This document shows positions 12,201 to 24,957 of a stretch of 64,000 bases of DNA, in pieces; within the stretch, counting starts at the first letter, position 1, and each line of letters starts with the position of its first letter. Below the pieces are notes generated by a model. The model had not been told where the DNA came from. It ran no database searches and saw only the letters and a list, made by a program, of their open reading frames with translations. The stretch is taken from positions 12,272 through 76,271 of the forward strand of contig CDMY01000439.1 of assembly GCA_001179505.1 (NCBI GenBank), in the 5' to 3' direction. Source of the stretch: Vitrella brassicaformis CCMP3155. Lineage: Eukaryota > Protista > Chromerida. Made by a program: the position numbers and the translations under genes.

Positions 12201-14135
12201 CGGGCAACCGTACATGCAGCTACCTGATTGAGCAGAGTGGTGAGCTCATGCAGCAGAAGAGCGTGGTCAGCGAGACATGCAGGAAGGAAACCCAGAAAGG
12301 GCATCAAACGAGACCTCAAAGCGGACCTCCTCTCGGGCAGCAGCGTGGCCCACTCCGGGAATCGCCTCCTGTCCGGCCCCGGCACGAGCACGTTGTCAGT
12401 CATGCGATGACAGACATCCACCAGATGGGGGCCGCCGGAAAATGTCTGGCCCACATGCCGACAAGAGCCCTGGTCTCGATGGGCTATGACGGGGCAGCGG
12501 GCGATGGCACCGACTGAGCCGCCTGTTGTGGGAGGGGGAGGGGGGCAGGGGGGAGGGGGCGGTGGCAAAGAAGGCGCACTCAGCCGACTGCAACGACCCG
12601 ACCCAAGGGGTGTGGCTTTCAATTATTTTCGTCTTCTTCTTCTTTCGTAAGGCTTGCTTACTTTTGTGCGACGTCTAGGTATGACCTTAGCGTGTCGATC
12701 TGATTCTCTGCATCTGCCGCCTCAAGCGCTGCTGAACCCTGAAAGAGAGAATACATACAGGATGACCACGATACACGTCCCAACGGGTAGTCGCCTGGGT
12801 CGACCTCTTGGTTGACGGCCACTTGCTCGACAAGGCAGTGAAGCAGGACGGGCACATCGTGCTGAAAGGGATCAATCGAGGACACCAGCCGCTCATATAC
12901 CCTGTTGCCAGCCACCAAAGAGACAAATCAACTCGCGTGCCCGTTGTGTTCGGCTTTTCACGTCTCTACCTCTGGTCGCTCTCAACCTTGGCCGTCTCAT
13001 CCTTTTCCGCTTCTTCGGCCTTCTCGCCTTCACCTTCGTCCCCCTCCCCGCTTTCGTCAGCACCCTCGTGTGCACGGTCATCCACAGCCCCAGCCCCTTT
13101 CTCGAGCGACTGAATCGCCACCGACGCCATAAAGGCCTCATACTCCCGCCTGTCGTCCTCGATAGCCGCAAGCTCATCGCACAACATGTCCACGAGAGCT
13201 TTGGGGCCACCAACAGGCTCGTCGCTTTCAACAGCCTCTTCTGCCGCAGCAAGGACCCTGGCAGACAGATCCCATCGCTGTATGTAGTGAATCGTTTCGG
13301 TTTATTCTCACCTTGCGCAATTGGGTATTACTGAGAGTGTGGTGTCGGCCGCTTTGGCCCCCTTAGTGATAAGCTCGTCAAGTGTGAGGAACAGGGAATC
13401 CAGCCTCTCTTCTTCAGGCAAATTGTCCTCGTTCTCATGAAGGGACGCGTATTTCACGTCTGACAGCCCCAGCGGCTCCAGGTGGACAATACCCGAGAAG
13501 GGGAGACTCTCGGTGCCAATGAGGCTCTCCAGCTGCTCCTCAGTGGCCGGCAGATCTTGGGCGATGATCAGTAGGTCTAGTGATGGCTTCGACGCGTCAG
13601 CAGCAGGCTCCTCGGCAACTTCCTTGCTTTCATCGGCGTCTTCCGCCTCTTTCTCTTGCTGCTGTCTATCCATTGCATCTTTCTTGGCCTTGTTGAACTT
13701 GCTCCTCCGCCCTGCCGCCACGTGGTCTTGCGTCAGCCTTGTAAGCACCTCGCCCATCGTGTGTCCAGCCATCTCTGTGGAGTCTTTCGCATCCCTCATG
13801 CCCGTCTCCACTGCATACTGCACCAGCATGTCCTTGGTCACCACCAGGGTCTTCATCGGCACCTCTGCTGCAGGCTTGTCTGCCAGATTCTCCCTCACGT
13901 ATCCCATCACCGCCGCCAGAACGTCTGTCGCCTCACCCGCCGCTTGGGCGTCCTCTCCCTCTTCTCCTGACAGTGTGGCCTCCTTGATGTCGGTGGGGTC
14001 ATAAGAGCGGGAGAAGAGTCTGATGCAGCTCGAGAGGAAGGGAGGCTCCTCCAGTGGGAAGTCGACGGTGAGCTCCTCCTCCACATCAGGGACGAGCTTC
14101 GCCGCTCCTCCCTTAGGGGCGGCCTTGGGCGCCAT
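6266..14135 (-). CDS. SPAG17: Large flagellar central-pair protein, SPAG17/PF6-like; many exons
   Basis: Start MAPKAAPKG at 14135. Beta-rich repeats LTYASFTGLTIQCMPDGSV, RRVLGSGVVVRELMSGRLETL and VITPADGSI; C-terminal LRFGPLRQGHIYRLHFKLRNFDVDVCRF.VK...YTP..VAPGL...VEL matches the recalled SPAG17 C-terminal Ig-like module. Exon ORFs run colinearly over about 8 kb. Confidence 0.7.
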
Positions 14136-15139
14136 GACGCGCTGACGATATCAACCAGATGGGCCCCAGAGGAGGTTTGTTTGAGAAACGAGGAGACTGG
14201 GGGCGAAGGGGGGCTGATGATGCAATTAAGTTTGCAAGTGCGATCACAAAACCACGGCCCGGGCACCTCTTCCGAAACGCTTACGGAGCAATGACAAGGC
14301 GCCGTGTCGGCGAGATTTCTCGACGCGCGAGAGACAAGACATTTTATTTTCTGAATTCACCCATCAGATTTTCCAGCACCGCCGCGCTTTTCCTCCTCCT
14401 CGGCCTTCTCGCGGCCACATCTCCTCCTTTTCATTTCCTTTCGGGCTGCTTGTCATCCTGTGTGGCTCGCCCAAGCCCCTCCCAGGCCCTCCCGCTTGTC
14501 CGGATGCCAGCCGCCACTTCTTGTTTCGCCTCCTGTAGACGGGCAGCCCTCCGCCATTGGCGCCCTGCCGCCTGCCGCGCCCTAGGCGTGGCGTCTGCGT
14601 GGCGGCTGCGGGAGAGTACCCGTGCCTTCTTTCTTTCTCGTGGAAGCCTCCGTCAGGTCAGTGATGTGGTGTGAGCCTGAACTGTGTGTTTGTGCATGGT
14701 GCGAGCGAGGCCCTTGTGCGTGTGCACGCGCCCGTGGCCATTCCTCACGTGTGCGCTCATGCACGGCGCTGATACGTCTGTGTGCAGGTGAGTTTTTGAA
14801 AAAACGCCGTCTCATTTTTCGACACGCTTTGCGACAGGGGAGAAGTGTATCGCCAAGCCGTGTCTTCATTGTGGGTATAGAGGCCGATTCTTCCTGTGCC
14901 GCCTCGGAGATTTATTTTTTCAGCGCCCGCTCGGCCCTTCTGCCCTTCAAACTATCGATGCAGTGCCGAGTAAACATTCAAAGTCAGAGTACTCGTCGCT
15001 TCGTCTTGTTCAGGATTGTGTGCAGAAGGAGAGCTGGTGTCTGAGATGTTCGACGCAGGTCTTTTTTCCTTTTTGTTCCCCTTTTTCTCTCTCTTTTCTT
15101 CTCTTTTCTTTTTTGCTGGGCTTCTTTGACATTCCTCGT

Positions 15140-17570
15140 TCCTCAGCCACGGGGTGGGGTCTCTTGTCCTTCTTTCGGCGTGGAGACCGGCTGTCGGCTC
15201 ACACCCGTGAGTGCAGGAACAGGTAGGTAGCCACCCTCAGCACACTGGGAGTGTCGGCGGAGTTTTCCTGTCTCGTTCAGAGGTGTGTGCGGGGGGCTCA
15301 TCTGTCTGTGAGATGTCCTCAGAGAGGAGGGACGAGGGAGACGGCAGGGCTGCCTCGTTGTCAGACAGCAACACAGGTGGGAAAACAACAGCTTATTCTC
15401 ATCATTCGCGTGTGCCAGCTTTCTCTCTGTGTCGATGTCTTCAGGGGCTGAAGAGCAGTCTGCGGAAGCTCTTGAGACACAGCCGATGGAGCTCGTCCTC
15501 GTGCCAGGTACGATGCGATTGCTTCCTCGGTGCCTGTCATTTCTCCATGTGGTCGCCTTTCTCTCAGATGGCCAGCCAGCCATGGCCATGGATCATCAAG
15601 AGGCGAGCCGCCAGCTGCCCTGGGCCGGCCTTGCGGACGGCTGGAGCCCAGAGACGTACAAGGCGACGATGAAGGGTAACAGCAGTACCTCATCAAAAGA
15701 ACGAACAAGCGTATTGTCTCTTCTCTTCTCTGTTTGTAATGGATTCGTCAGCCTATGAGCAGTTCTGGCACAACCCCACCTGTGACCCCACATGGCCATC
15801 CGACTGCACCGATCCCGTCTCATGCTTCCTTCAGGCAGAGCTCAGCATCATCATGTAGGCAAAGAAACAAACCAAACAACCGAATTTTCTCTCCGACTGT
15901 CCCTTTTCGCACGCTCCTCAGCGCATTCAATTACTTTGACAAGGCACGCATGACTCGTGCGAAAGACCTGCTGGGCATGTCACTGCAGCTGGCCGAACAG
16001 GTAATGCCAACCTGGTAGACACAGGGGCTGCACCATTTCAGCTCGAAAGAAGAAGGCGCTGCGGGCCAGCGAGGCAAGGTAATGAGCACGTTGAGCGGAC
16101 ACAAAATCATTTGAGATACGTTCTTTCATGTGTATGAAGTGTCTCTGAGGATGACGGGGCTTGGTGGATCATGCAAAGGAACATGGACGATAGCCTCGAC
16201 TTCCTTGATGGTGAGTGGCGGAATAGATGGGAGAAATGGGGAGAGAGTGCCTGCGTCCCTTAGGCATGATGACAGCCCTCTCCCTCTACCTGTCGCCAGG
16301 ACCTGAGGCGAAAAATCTAAAGCTCCTCCGAAAGGTGGACGAGGTGTTTGGTTTATAGTAGCAATTTCCTGTCTTATCCTCTTTCCCTGTCAGGAGTTGC
16401 GGCGGCCTCAAGGCGGGTACGCTATCATTCGACTGGGGCTGTGATCGCCGAGTACGTCTCGAAGGTGAAGGCCAAGAAGAAGCTCAGTCTTGAGGAGCTG
16501 GATCAGCTGGTCTGCAGAAAGACAAAGAGCTTCAAGCGCATCCGTTGCTGTTATTTTTCTAGATAAAGACGCTCCCATCACGGCTCCAGACATACATGGG
16601 ATTCTATATCGCGTAAGCGCCACGTATAGGCGGATCCTTCTAATCTGTATAGGCGTGAAGCGGAAGACTTCAGAGGAGCTGTCAACATCTTCAAAGGAAG
16701 CCGCCTAAACGAGTAAGAAAAGAAAGCCAAAAGTGGCCTTCTGACGGTGATTGTTGTTTGAGTCCCTCCCCTTGTTAAGGAGGGGAAATTTGAGCGAATG
16801 GCTCTACAGGAAGGAAAGAGCAACTTACTTCTTGGAGCCCTTCATCATATAGCACTCTTACAACGATGTCTATGCAATGCTGAGAGGTGAGTCCAGGTTT
16901 TGTCGCCTTTGTGTCCAGCGAAGGCCTTTTGGTATTTGCAGGCTGATCATAGATGGTGCTGAAGAAGACATGAGCGACCGCCGGCGGGTAGTGTTTTGTG
17001 TGGTCTGCTTCCTCAGCGGCCACCCAGAAGAAGGCATTGAGATACGCAAGACATTCCTACACGTCAGCAGAAGTCAAAGCTATGTATCATGTAAACCTCT
17101 GTCTGCATTTCAGCGCTGCAAGGTACCAAAGGGCTCACTATGACAACAAGACGTCTTGAGAATGCTGGGTGAAAAGCCTACGTAAGACAGGCAGGGTCCC
17201 ATTCACGCCCACAGGCGCCATGTGCAGAGCTGATGTCGCTTGTCCTCTGTGCAGACCACAAGACGCTCTCCTGGCATGGGTACATGTGTTGTACCACTGC
17301 AAGCTGCTCCCAAAAGCCACAGGACACCTGCCCTTCATATGCACATTTCTCGATGGGGTAGAGGGAAACAAGAGAGCATCTCACTTGATGCTTGCAGGCC
17401 AAATTTGCGGCTGGTCTCCTTTGATGTCTCGGTCAGATGCAGAAAAAACTGTGTGCGGCATGGCAGAAGTCCGAGAATTATGGGCGTGTGCGGCCCTTCT
17501 CCTCAGTAAGCCATCAGTGCTTGAAATGCTGTCATGCATCGTCTCTCTGTCTCGTCAGCGCTGGCGATGG
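15140..17570 (+). CDS. Orphan multi-exon gene or decaying gene (exons such as LPWAGLADGWSPETYKATMK, AYEQFWHNPTCDPTWPSDCTDP, FNYFDKARMTRAKDLLGMSLQLAEQ, LIIDGAEEDMSDRRRVVFCVVCF)
   Basis: Series of short exons with canonical cag|...|gtaag/gtgag boundaries. Some junctions do not keep phase, so it may be a pseudogene; no family recognised. Confidence 0.4.
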
Positions 17571-18250
17571 GTGAGCCAGAGGAACAAGCAAAATGGGGAC
17601 ACAGCAAGTGCCAGGCATACCTGCTGCTCACCATATTAAGTCATCATGCGGAGAGCAATGTAAGCAATTTATCTTTATTCTTTCGTGCTCTATTCTTCTG
17701 TCGTTGTCTTGTCATGCTTCGTGCTTAGTGCGATTAGGTCGTGCCGTTGGCTTTCAAGGGACTTCTCATTCTACCGCAGACCGACGAAAAAGCGCACCGA
17801 ATCCTCGACAGCTCGAAAAAGTAATAATGCACGAGCGGTGTGCAGGATTTCAATCTTGCAACCTTGATGTATGCAGGGGAGTGGGGACGATTGTTTCAAA
17901 CGACATCACAAATGAGCTTCGAGGGACATGACCTGGGACGGCCTTTCGGATGGCTGGAGCCCAGAGACAAACAAGGCGACGAGAAAGGGTGAGCCATCGC
18001 CAATCAAAAGAATGAAAGAGCGTATTGTGTCCTGCCTCCTTTCTTTGTAATGCACTTGTCAGCCTGTGAGAAGTTCTGGCGCGACCCCACCTGTCACCCC
18101 ACATGGCCATCTGAGTGCTGCGACCCGGTGTCATGCTTCCCCTACGCAGAGCTCAGTATTACCATGTAGGCAAAGACAAATGAGACACTCGAATCTCTCT
18201 CGACTGTCCCATTGTGTGTCCTTTTCAGCGCATTCAACGACTTTCGGGTA
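15590..18250 (+). repeat. Direct repeat pair: about 15590-15930 and about 17915-18250 (four small exons plus introns)
   Basis: gacggctggagcccagagacgtacaaggcgacg vs gatggctggagcccagagacaaacaaggcgacg; ccccacctgtgaccccacatggccatc vs ccccacctgtcaccccacatggccatc. Confidence 0.85.
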
Positions 18251-18356
18251 TCAAGTTTGGTGACGAAATTGGCGGCGACTGCTCCTCATCAAGGCCGCCC
18301 GCCAGGAACTGCGCCCTTCACGTCCCAGTAGAGGGAGAGGGGAGGGGGGGGGGGGG

Positions 18357-18656
18357 NNNNNNNNNNNNNNNNNNNNNNNNNNNNNNNNNNNNNNNNNNNN
18401 NNNNNNNNNNNNNNNNNNNNNNNNNNNNNNNNNNNNNNNNNNNNNNNNNNNNNNNNNNNNNNNNNNNNNNNNNNNNNNNNNNNNNNNNNNNNNNNNNNNN
18501 NNNNNNNNNNNNNNNNNNNNNNNNNNNNNNNNNNNNNNNNNNNNNNNNNNNNNNNNNNNNNNNNNNNNNNNNNNNNNNNNNNNNNNNNNNNNNNNNNNNN
18601 NNNNNNNNNNNNNNNNNNNNNNNNNNNNNNNNNNNNNNNNNNNNNNNNNNNNNNNN
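18357..18656. other. Assembly gap (300 N) flanked by G runs
   Basis: Run of N in the sequence. Confidence 1.
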
Positions 18657-18764
18657 GGGGGGGGTGATGGGTGGTGGAGAGGTGAGTGACGGAGAGAAAG
18701 GGATGGAACAGAAGGGACCTTCCTGTGCACACATGTGGTCTGCTTTCTCTTTGTGTGTCTGCAG

Positions 18765-21700
18765 GCGATGCTGGAGACGACAGGTGAAATCGCTGTCTAC
18801 ATTTTACATCTGCGGGCTTATTCTTCTCCCTTTTCGACGGACGAAGTGCGCAACCTCTGCCGACAGCGAATGAGAGACGACTGCGATGCTGTGATGCCTC
18901 TTCGGGCTGAGGTTCGCAGGTAGGTGCGGCTTGTCTAGAGAAATAATGGAAGGTGTGGCACATGTCATTCTCGTTTGCATGTGCCATCTGCAGATTCTGC
19001 TGACATTGGGTCGCATCAGGAAATCGCCATCTCTCGTCGCCTCGTCGCCGTTGTCCTCTCGTTCCGCACCGCACCGCATATTCCATCTGATCAGATACGG
19101 CACGCCATGGGCAACTTCTCGTCCGCTTCGGAGTCGGACATCAGACTCAAGCGGGAGCCTGAGGTCGTTGAGATTTCTTATATGACCATCGTGCTGCGCT
19201 CCCATGACTTCATGACGCGCGACCTCGCATTCAAAAAGATCGTGGCGGTGGGAGGGAAGGGAGAGCAGCAGATCAGACATGGAACAGCATCATCCGCATG
19301 ATGCTGTCTGTCCGTCTGTCTGTTTGTCTGTGTGTGGGTGAGCAGGAGTGCGACCCCGCGAGGGGCGTGTTGGCAGGGGTCGGGCCGGCGTTCCCCTCCC
19401 CTAACGACCCGCAGGTGCTCATGGTGGGCGTGACGCCCGTGGGCGACAAGTACGTCAAAAAGATAAAACACATCGTGGATAACCTCCATCTGGTCGGCCA
19501 GCCCTTCCGGGCACCGCTGGAGGCCGAGATGTTCCACCACGTGCGTAGGCCACCACACAGACACACACAGACTCATTCTAAACAGATTGGCTGGTTGGTT
19601 GGCCTTGCTGTCTTTCAGGAGTTACGGTCCATCAGTTTGTCGAGGTTCTCTCCGGTAAGAAGAGACGGACCACGAGAAGGGGAGGCAGCGACAAGTGTTA
19701 TGTTGTCTGTCGTCTGTGATTGTTCTGCAGATGCAGATGACGGTGCCCTTCGCGGTGAGAAGACGTCTGGCACGGCTCAACTCATTGATGGCCACACGTA
19801 GACGGCCGGCATGCACCGCCTTTCTTTCATAGATACCAGCGGTGACCTGCGTGGGGCCGACGGTTTCGACGCCGCCTGCGTGGAGCAATGTTCCGCCTGA
19901 GTTGCTTGAGTGGAGCGGACACCGACGGCCGCCTTTATACAAGCTGTACCTGGTTGTGGTGAGGTGTGAGGAGGACCACAATCGCATGCAGGCTTACCAG
20001 GCCATCACTGCCGTAAGCAGAAGGAGAGAAGAGATGTCGGGATGGGTACACGGCATGATGTGCAATGCATGTGTCTGCTGCTGGCTGTAGGCACACAGGC
20101 CGGCGAGCGGGTTCCAAGGCACCGTGTTTCCGCCCGAGATCGTCGTTACCCCACCAAGTGGCTCATCAACATCAAGGCGCCCAAGGGGCGGGAAGCCGCC
20201 ACTCTGATTCAGAACGTTGTCGACAACATGCACCAAGAGATGCGGATCACGAACAAGGCGAGCATCAAACTATACTGACAGGTGAGCAATTCCATTCACT
20301 GAGACAGACGGAGCAGACGCACAGGTCGCCTTCTCTGTCCTTGTGCCCCTCAGAAGTTCACAAAGATGTCGAACATGGAGCTCTTACCGACGGTAAGCCA
20401 CAGAGACCACAACCGTCGTTGAGCCGCCTTGTGCTGTTGTGGCCCCTGGCCATGTGTGTGCTTCTTGGCCCATTCCAGGGAGACGGCCAAGAAGATCGCA
20501 CGAGAACAGACGCCACCATGACGGCGTTTCAGCGAGTTTTCGCGCCCATCGCCATCGACAGCAGGCAATTTCCTTTGCTCGGGGACGGGGAAGCAGCAAC
20601 AGCAGTCATGGCGGCGGAGGAGGAGCAGCGCAGGCGGCAGTGTTTGTTGTGGATGAAGCCGGAGGATGTAGAGGTGGCGATGGAGGCGTAAGAAGCGCAC
20701 TGCAGGGGAGGTGAGCGGGCAGCTACGCAATGGCCAGACAGACAGACAGACAGGCAGACAGACAGACAGACAGACAGGGAGACGGCTGCCAGGGTGCTGG
20801 AAAAGGGCCGGGCCCGGCGGAGTGGGTCGCTGCATGGCATCTGCTCTGCGTGTCCTGTCGTCTTTTGCAGAGGCTTGAGGCGGCCAAAGCCCTCGAGACG
20901 GCCAAGGTGAGTCATCGGCCAACGCCAATCAGTGGAGAGCGCTACGGCCAAGATCGATTTCTGTCCTTGTCTGCAGGCGGCCCTGTACCACCAGACGGGG
21001 CTCCAGGTGCCCACGGGCGAGACCCACACCTTCGGTGGACAGGGCAGTCTGTGGCGATGCGGGCGGTACATGGTCAAGATCCTGGACACGAAGTGCTCCA
21101 GAGGCGGGGTATGCAACGAAACCACACACGAATGGGACAAGCACACAATAGGCAGTCACTTATCGTGTCTGCTTGTCTTTGTAGCCGCCCACCGTACACG
21201 CACTGCTATCAGATCTTGCCGGAACAGCGACTGCTGCGGGCTGACGTGGAAGTGCAAGAAGCGTGAGCTGTGCTGCGGGAGGAGCGTGTGGTGGGTGGCA
21301 TGTGAGAAGCGGGCAGGGTGATGGAGCGGGCACAGAGGGGGAGTGTCACCGACCACCGACAGCCGTGTCTCGTGTCTCCGTGTCTCATTTCCCTCTCCGT
21401 GCGTCCGTCAGGCATCGCTGGCTACATTTTATATCTCGTGGTCTCTTTGTCACGTCGCAAAACGTCTTTTCCTATACAGACGGAGAGGACAACGCCTACA
21501 GGTAAGCATGAAAGCAGAGAAGGACGACAGACGGAGATGCATGTGCCGCACACCTCACGGTTGCGTATGTGCGTGCATCTTATGATGCTCAGCGGCCCTC
21601 GTCAGTGAGGGCTTGAAAAGGTTGGAAGATCGAGCTCACATTTGGCAGGCATCACCTACTCACCCACTCATCCGGCCGGCCGACGGTCTCTTTCTCGCCG

Positions 21701-21830
21701 CTTCCATCGCATCCTGGACATCGCCCTCGGCCAGTCTCTTCGGAGGTAGAGTGGTGACTTTAGCAGAATGCCGTCGTGCGTCTTTTCAGCCCCTATTACC
21801 ACCACGTAAGGCCGCACACATACCGAGACG
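18765..21830 (+). CDS. Orphan multi-exon gene with an internally repeated alpha/beta domain, followed by kinase-N-lobe-like exons
   Basis: Exons YMTIVLRSHDFMTRDLAFKKIV / PQVLMVGVTPVGDKYVKKIKHIVDNLH and YLVVVRCEEDHNRMQAYQAIT / PTKWLINIKAPKGREAATLIQNVVDNMH share a pattern. Later exons read TFGGQGSLWRCGRYMVKIL and RILDIALG. Confidence 0.4.
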
Positions 21831-23340
21831 CTGAGACACACGTGTCCCTTGTGAAGTAATACTGGTTGCTGATTCTTTCATTTTGTATCTCGTGGACGCT
21901 GTACCCATATTGTTGCCCCGATGGTCAAGGGAGGCGGGAGGCAGCCACGTTGGATTGGCTTGGGTACCGAGTTTGAGGAATGGTGGAGGGGAGCGATGCA
22001 TACAGGAGGGGTAAGAAGCTGGGTGACGCCGTCTGTATGCATCGCTCTCCATTCAGAACATCGCCGTTTTGCCTGTAGCCTTCAAAAAGACATGGTAAGA
22101 AGACACGATAGGTGTCGATATGTGACCTGTCTCTTCTCTTGTCTGTCGCTCATATGTGTATCATGCAAATGCAGGTGACCGTGCCCTATTGAGATTCGTC
22201 CACATAGATACGACTGCAGACGGATGGGCAACACGCAAACAACGCCCGAGGTGGTTCCCTTCATACTGACCCCACTCAAAAATGCTGTTCCAGAAATGGA
22301 GTGGCTGCCGGTCTGTCTGTCTGTCTGTCTGTGCAGCGGGATGATGCTGACTTGTACAGGTCGCCACGATAGCCTTCTATATCCTGTAAGCAGTACTCGA
22401 CAAGGGCAAAGCCTCGATCGTATCAATCGACACCTCGTCCTTTGTTGCCTGCCTGCCTCCCTGTCCTGCCTGTGTGTGTGCAGGGATGGGTCGTAGCTCC
22501 TTCATGCGTGTTCCACACAGCCCTCCCCCTCCCTCTCTGCCTGCTCGGTGCATGGTGATGCTTTCTTTCCTTTTTGAGTGACTGACTGTAGCTTAGTAGC
22601 CGGGCGAAACTGGGCAAACACAGGCAGACAGAGGGAGATACAGACAGAGGGAGATACAGATAGTGAGCGTGGGTGATTCCTGTTGCGTGTCGTCGTTTGA
22701 TTGTGCGTGAAAGACATGGGACTTGGCCGTCAGGCCGCTTAGGACATTCCGTGAAACCGCGCTCTCTCGCCGGAATCGCAGGAGTAGCAATGTTCCGCCT
22801 GAGTTGCCTGAGTGATGCCGACGATCTTTTTCCATACAAGCTGTACGTAGTCGTGGTGAGGTCTGAGGAGCTCCACAACCGCATCCAGGCCTGCCAGGCC
22901 ATCACTACCGTGAGTGGAAGGAGAGGAGAGATGCCGGGATTGGTACACGGCATGATGTGGCTGCTGGCTGTAGGCTATCAGTCCGGCCAACGGGTTCCTT
23001 GTCCAGGTCTTGCCACCAGAGAGCGCCGTGGATGACCCCACCAAGTTGCTCATCTACATCAAGGCGGCCAAGGGGCGGGAGCACGCCACGATGATTCAGA
23101 CAGCTGTGGAGACTATCCACCAGGACATGCGGATCACAAACAAGGCCAACATCACACTCTACGCACAGGTGAGCGATTCCATTCACTGAGGCTGACGGAG
23201 CAGACGCACAGGTCGGCTTTCTCTGTCCTTGTGCCCCTCAGAAGTTCACAAAGATGTCGAACATGGAGTACTTACCGACGGTAAGCGACGAGAGACCACA
23301 ACCGTCGTTGAGCCGCCTGCCTATGTTTCTTCCTGGCCAT
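19860..23340 (+). repeat. Direct repeat pair: about 19860-20460 and about 22780-23340
   Basis: KLYLVVVRCEEDHNRMQAYQAIT vs KLYVVVVRSEELHNRIQACQAIT, and DMRITNKA; introns near-identical (gacggagcagacgcacaggtc...cctcagaagttcacaaagatgtcgaacatggag). The second copy has an in-frame TGA (RERRG*). Confidence 0.9.
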
Positions 23341-23550
23341 GTGTGTGCAGGTTGAGTACTCACAGGTAACAAGAGCACCAACAGAACTCACATTACATCC
23401 TCACCGTGTTCAGTGCTGTTTCCCCCCTAATCTGCGCGCGTCAGCCGGCGATAGCTGAGGGGACTCAGGTACAGAGGGAAGTCCAAGACGCCAAAACACT
23501 TGTGCAACGGCGTGTCTGTGTCTTCGTTCTGTGTCTGTGTGTGGTCATAG

Positions 23551-24560
23551 ACATCGCCGCCTCAGGTGCTGCCGTTTGCGAGTCCCATCAACATGGTGGG
23601 CGCTGGCACAAGTGCAGGGAGGCCACTGAATACCTCTTTGCCACTCTCTTTCTGGGCAGGCTCCCCACCGCCGCGGGCTGCCACCGTCCGGTCTACAGCC
23701 CGTGAGAATGCAACACGCTCACACGCAACACAATGCACTTGGTGATATATTTCTATGGATGGGTGGCTGCCTGGTGGCACCTTTCAGGAGTGTGGGTCGC
23801 TGGTGGGCCCAAAACGAACGTGTGCCTGTGGATGTCACTCTCTCGCCATGTTGTGTGTGGTGTATGCAGCCGTATGGGGGCGGGCCGTACCCGACCGTGA
23901 TGCCGCCAATGGTAGGGCAGTGGTGGCAAGGGTCCCACATCAATCGCATCACATGATGGCATCGTGCGTGCGTGTTGGCTGTCTGTCGTGTTTGGTGCAG
24001 CGCCACGGAGCGATGGTCCGGCCTCCTGTGAGCGACGCCATTGAGCCGACACTCACATGAACGTCTCTCTGTCGTTTGTGGTGCGTGTCAGCAGATGGTG
24101 CATACGCCGAGCAGCCAGAACCTACCGGCCAACATGTACCCACAGTGTAAGCAGACCAACTCGTTATGAGATGGGTGTGGTGGGTGACACGCACATGGGG
24201 TCGCTGGACGTGTGCATCTGTCCGTGTGTGTGTAGACGGTCACGGCGTGCCGCAGTGGGGGCACAGTGGCTAAACTCAACACAAAACAGCCCAACGAAAC
24301 ACCAAGAAGCGGGCAAACGAGAGGTGTGGGGTGTGGATGCATCGACGGGTGTGGTGTGTGGTACATGTGGCCTCGTGTGCAGATTGTTGCCGAGTTGTAC
24401 AGGTTGAAGATAGCATGATGGTCAAGTAAGTGGCAGAGGAGCGAAAACACACGCGGCCGACTCCACATCGATCAATCAATAAGTGTCTTCTCTTCTGTGC
24501 CTGCGCCTGTCTGTCTGTGTGCAGGTATTGGCCCGCCGCCAGCCCTCGGCGTGCTAGTGC
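23551..24560 (+). CDS. Short Pro/Ser/Gly-rich exons (TSPPQVLPFASPINMVG..., PYGGGPYPTVMPPM, RHGAMVRPP); possible low-complexity tail of the 22.8 kb unit
   Basis: Canonical splice sites around short open exons; no homology recognised. Confidence 0.3.
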
Positions 24561-24846
24561 GTGTGCATACGATATGTATTGACGGGGCGGGGTGTATCAT
24601 CGATGTTGTGTTGGTGGGCGGATGATGACATGGATGGATGAGCGGTAGGTTCACAGACAGACAGACAGATGGGAGAAGGGGGTCGTGCGCTGCCTGCCTG
24701 AGCCTGCCTGCCTGCCTGCCGTTCGGTCACTATGGTGTGTGACTGACTAAAGTGGAATCCGATGTGGTGCCCGGCCGAATGTGTGGTGTCTGGATGGATG
24801 GGTGGATGGACTCAGTGACAGATAGATACAGACAGATACAGACAGA

Positions 24847-24957
24847 CCGCCCCTTTCGATGATTGCTGTGCGTCTATCCTCTCTTATCTACAGCCTGCTG
24901 CTGCTGCTGGCTGTAGATAAGAGAGGATAGACGCACAGCAATCATCGAAAGGGGCGG
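24847..24957. repeat. Perfect inverted repeat: 49-bp stem, 13-nt (TGC)n loop
   Basis: 24847-24895 is the exact reverse complement of 24909-24957. Confidence 0.97.

Noticed and set aside
18330-18665. G runs flanking the gap as a G-quadruplex element; ORFs spanning the Ns
   Set aside because: The sequence is unresolved, and the G runs may be sequencing artefacts at contig ends.
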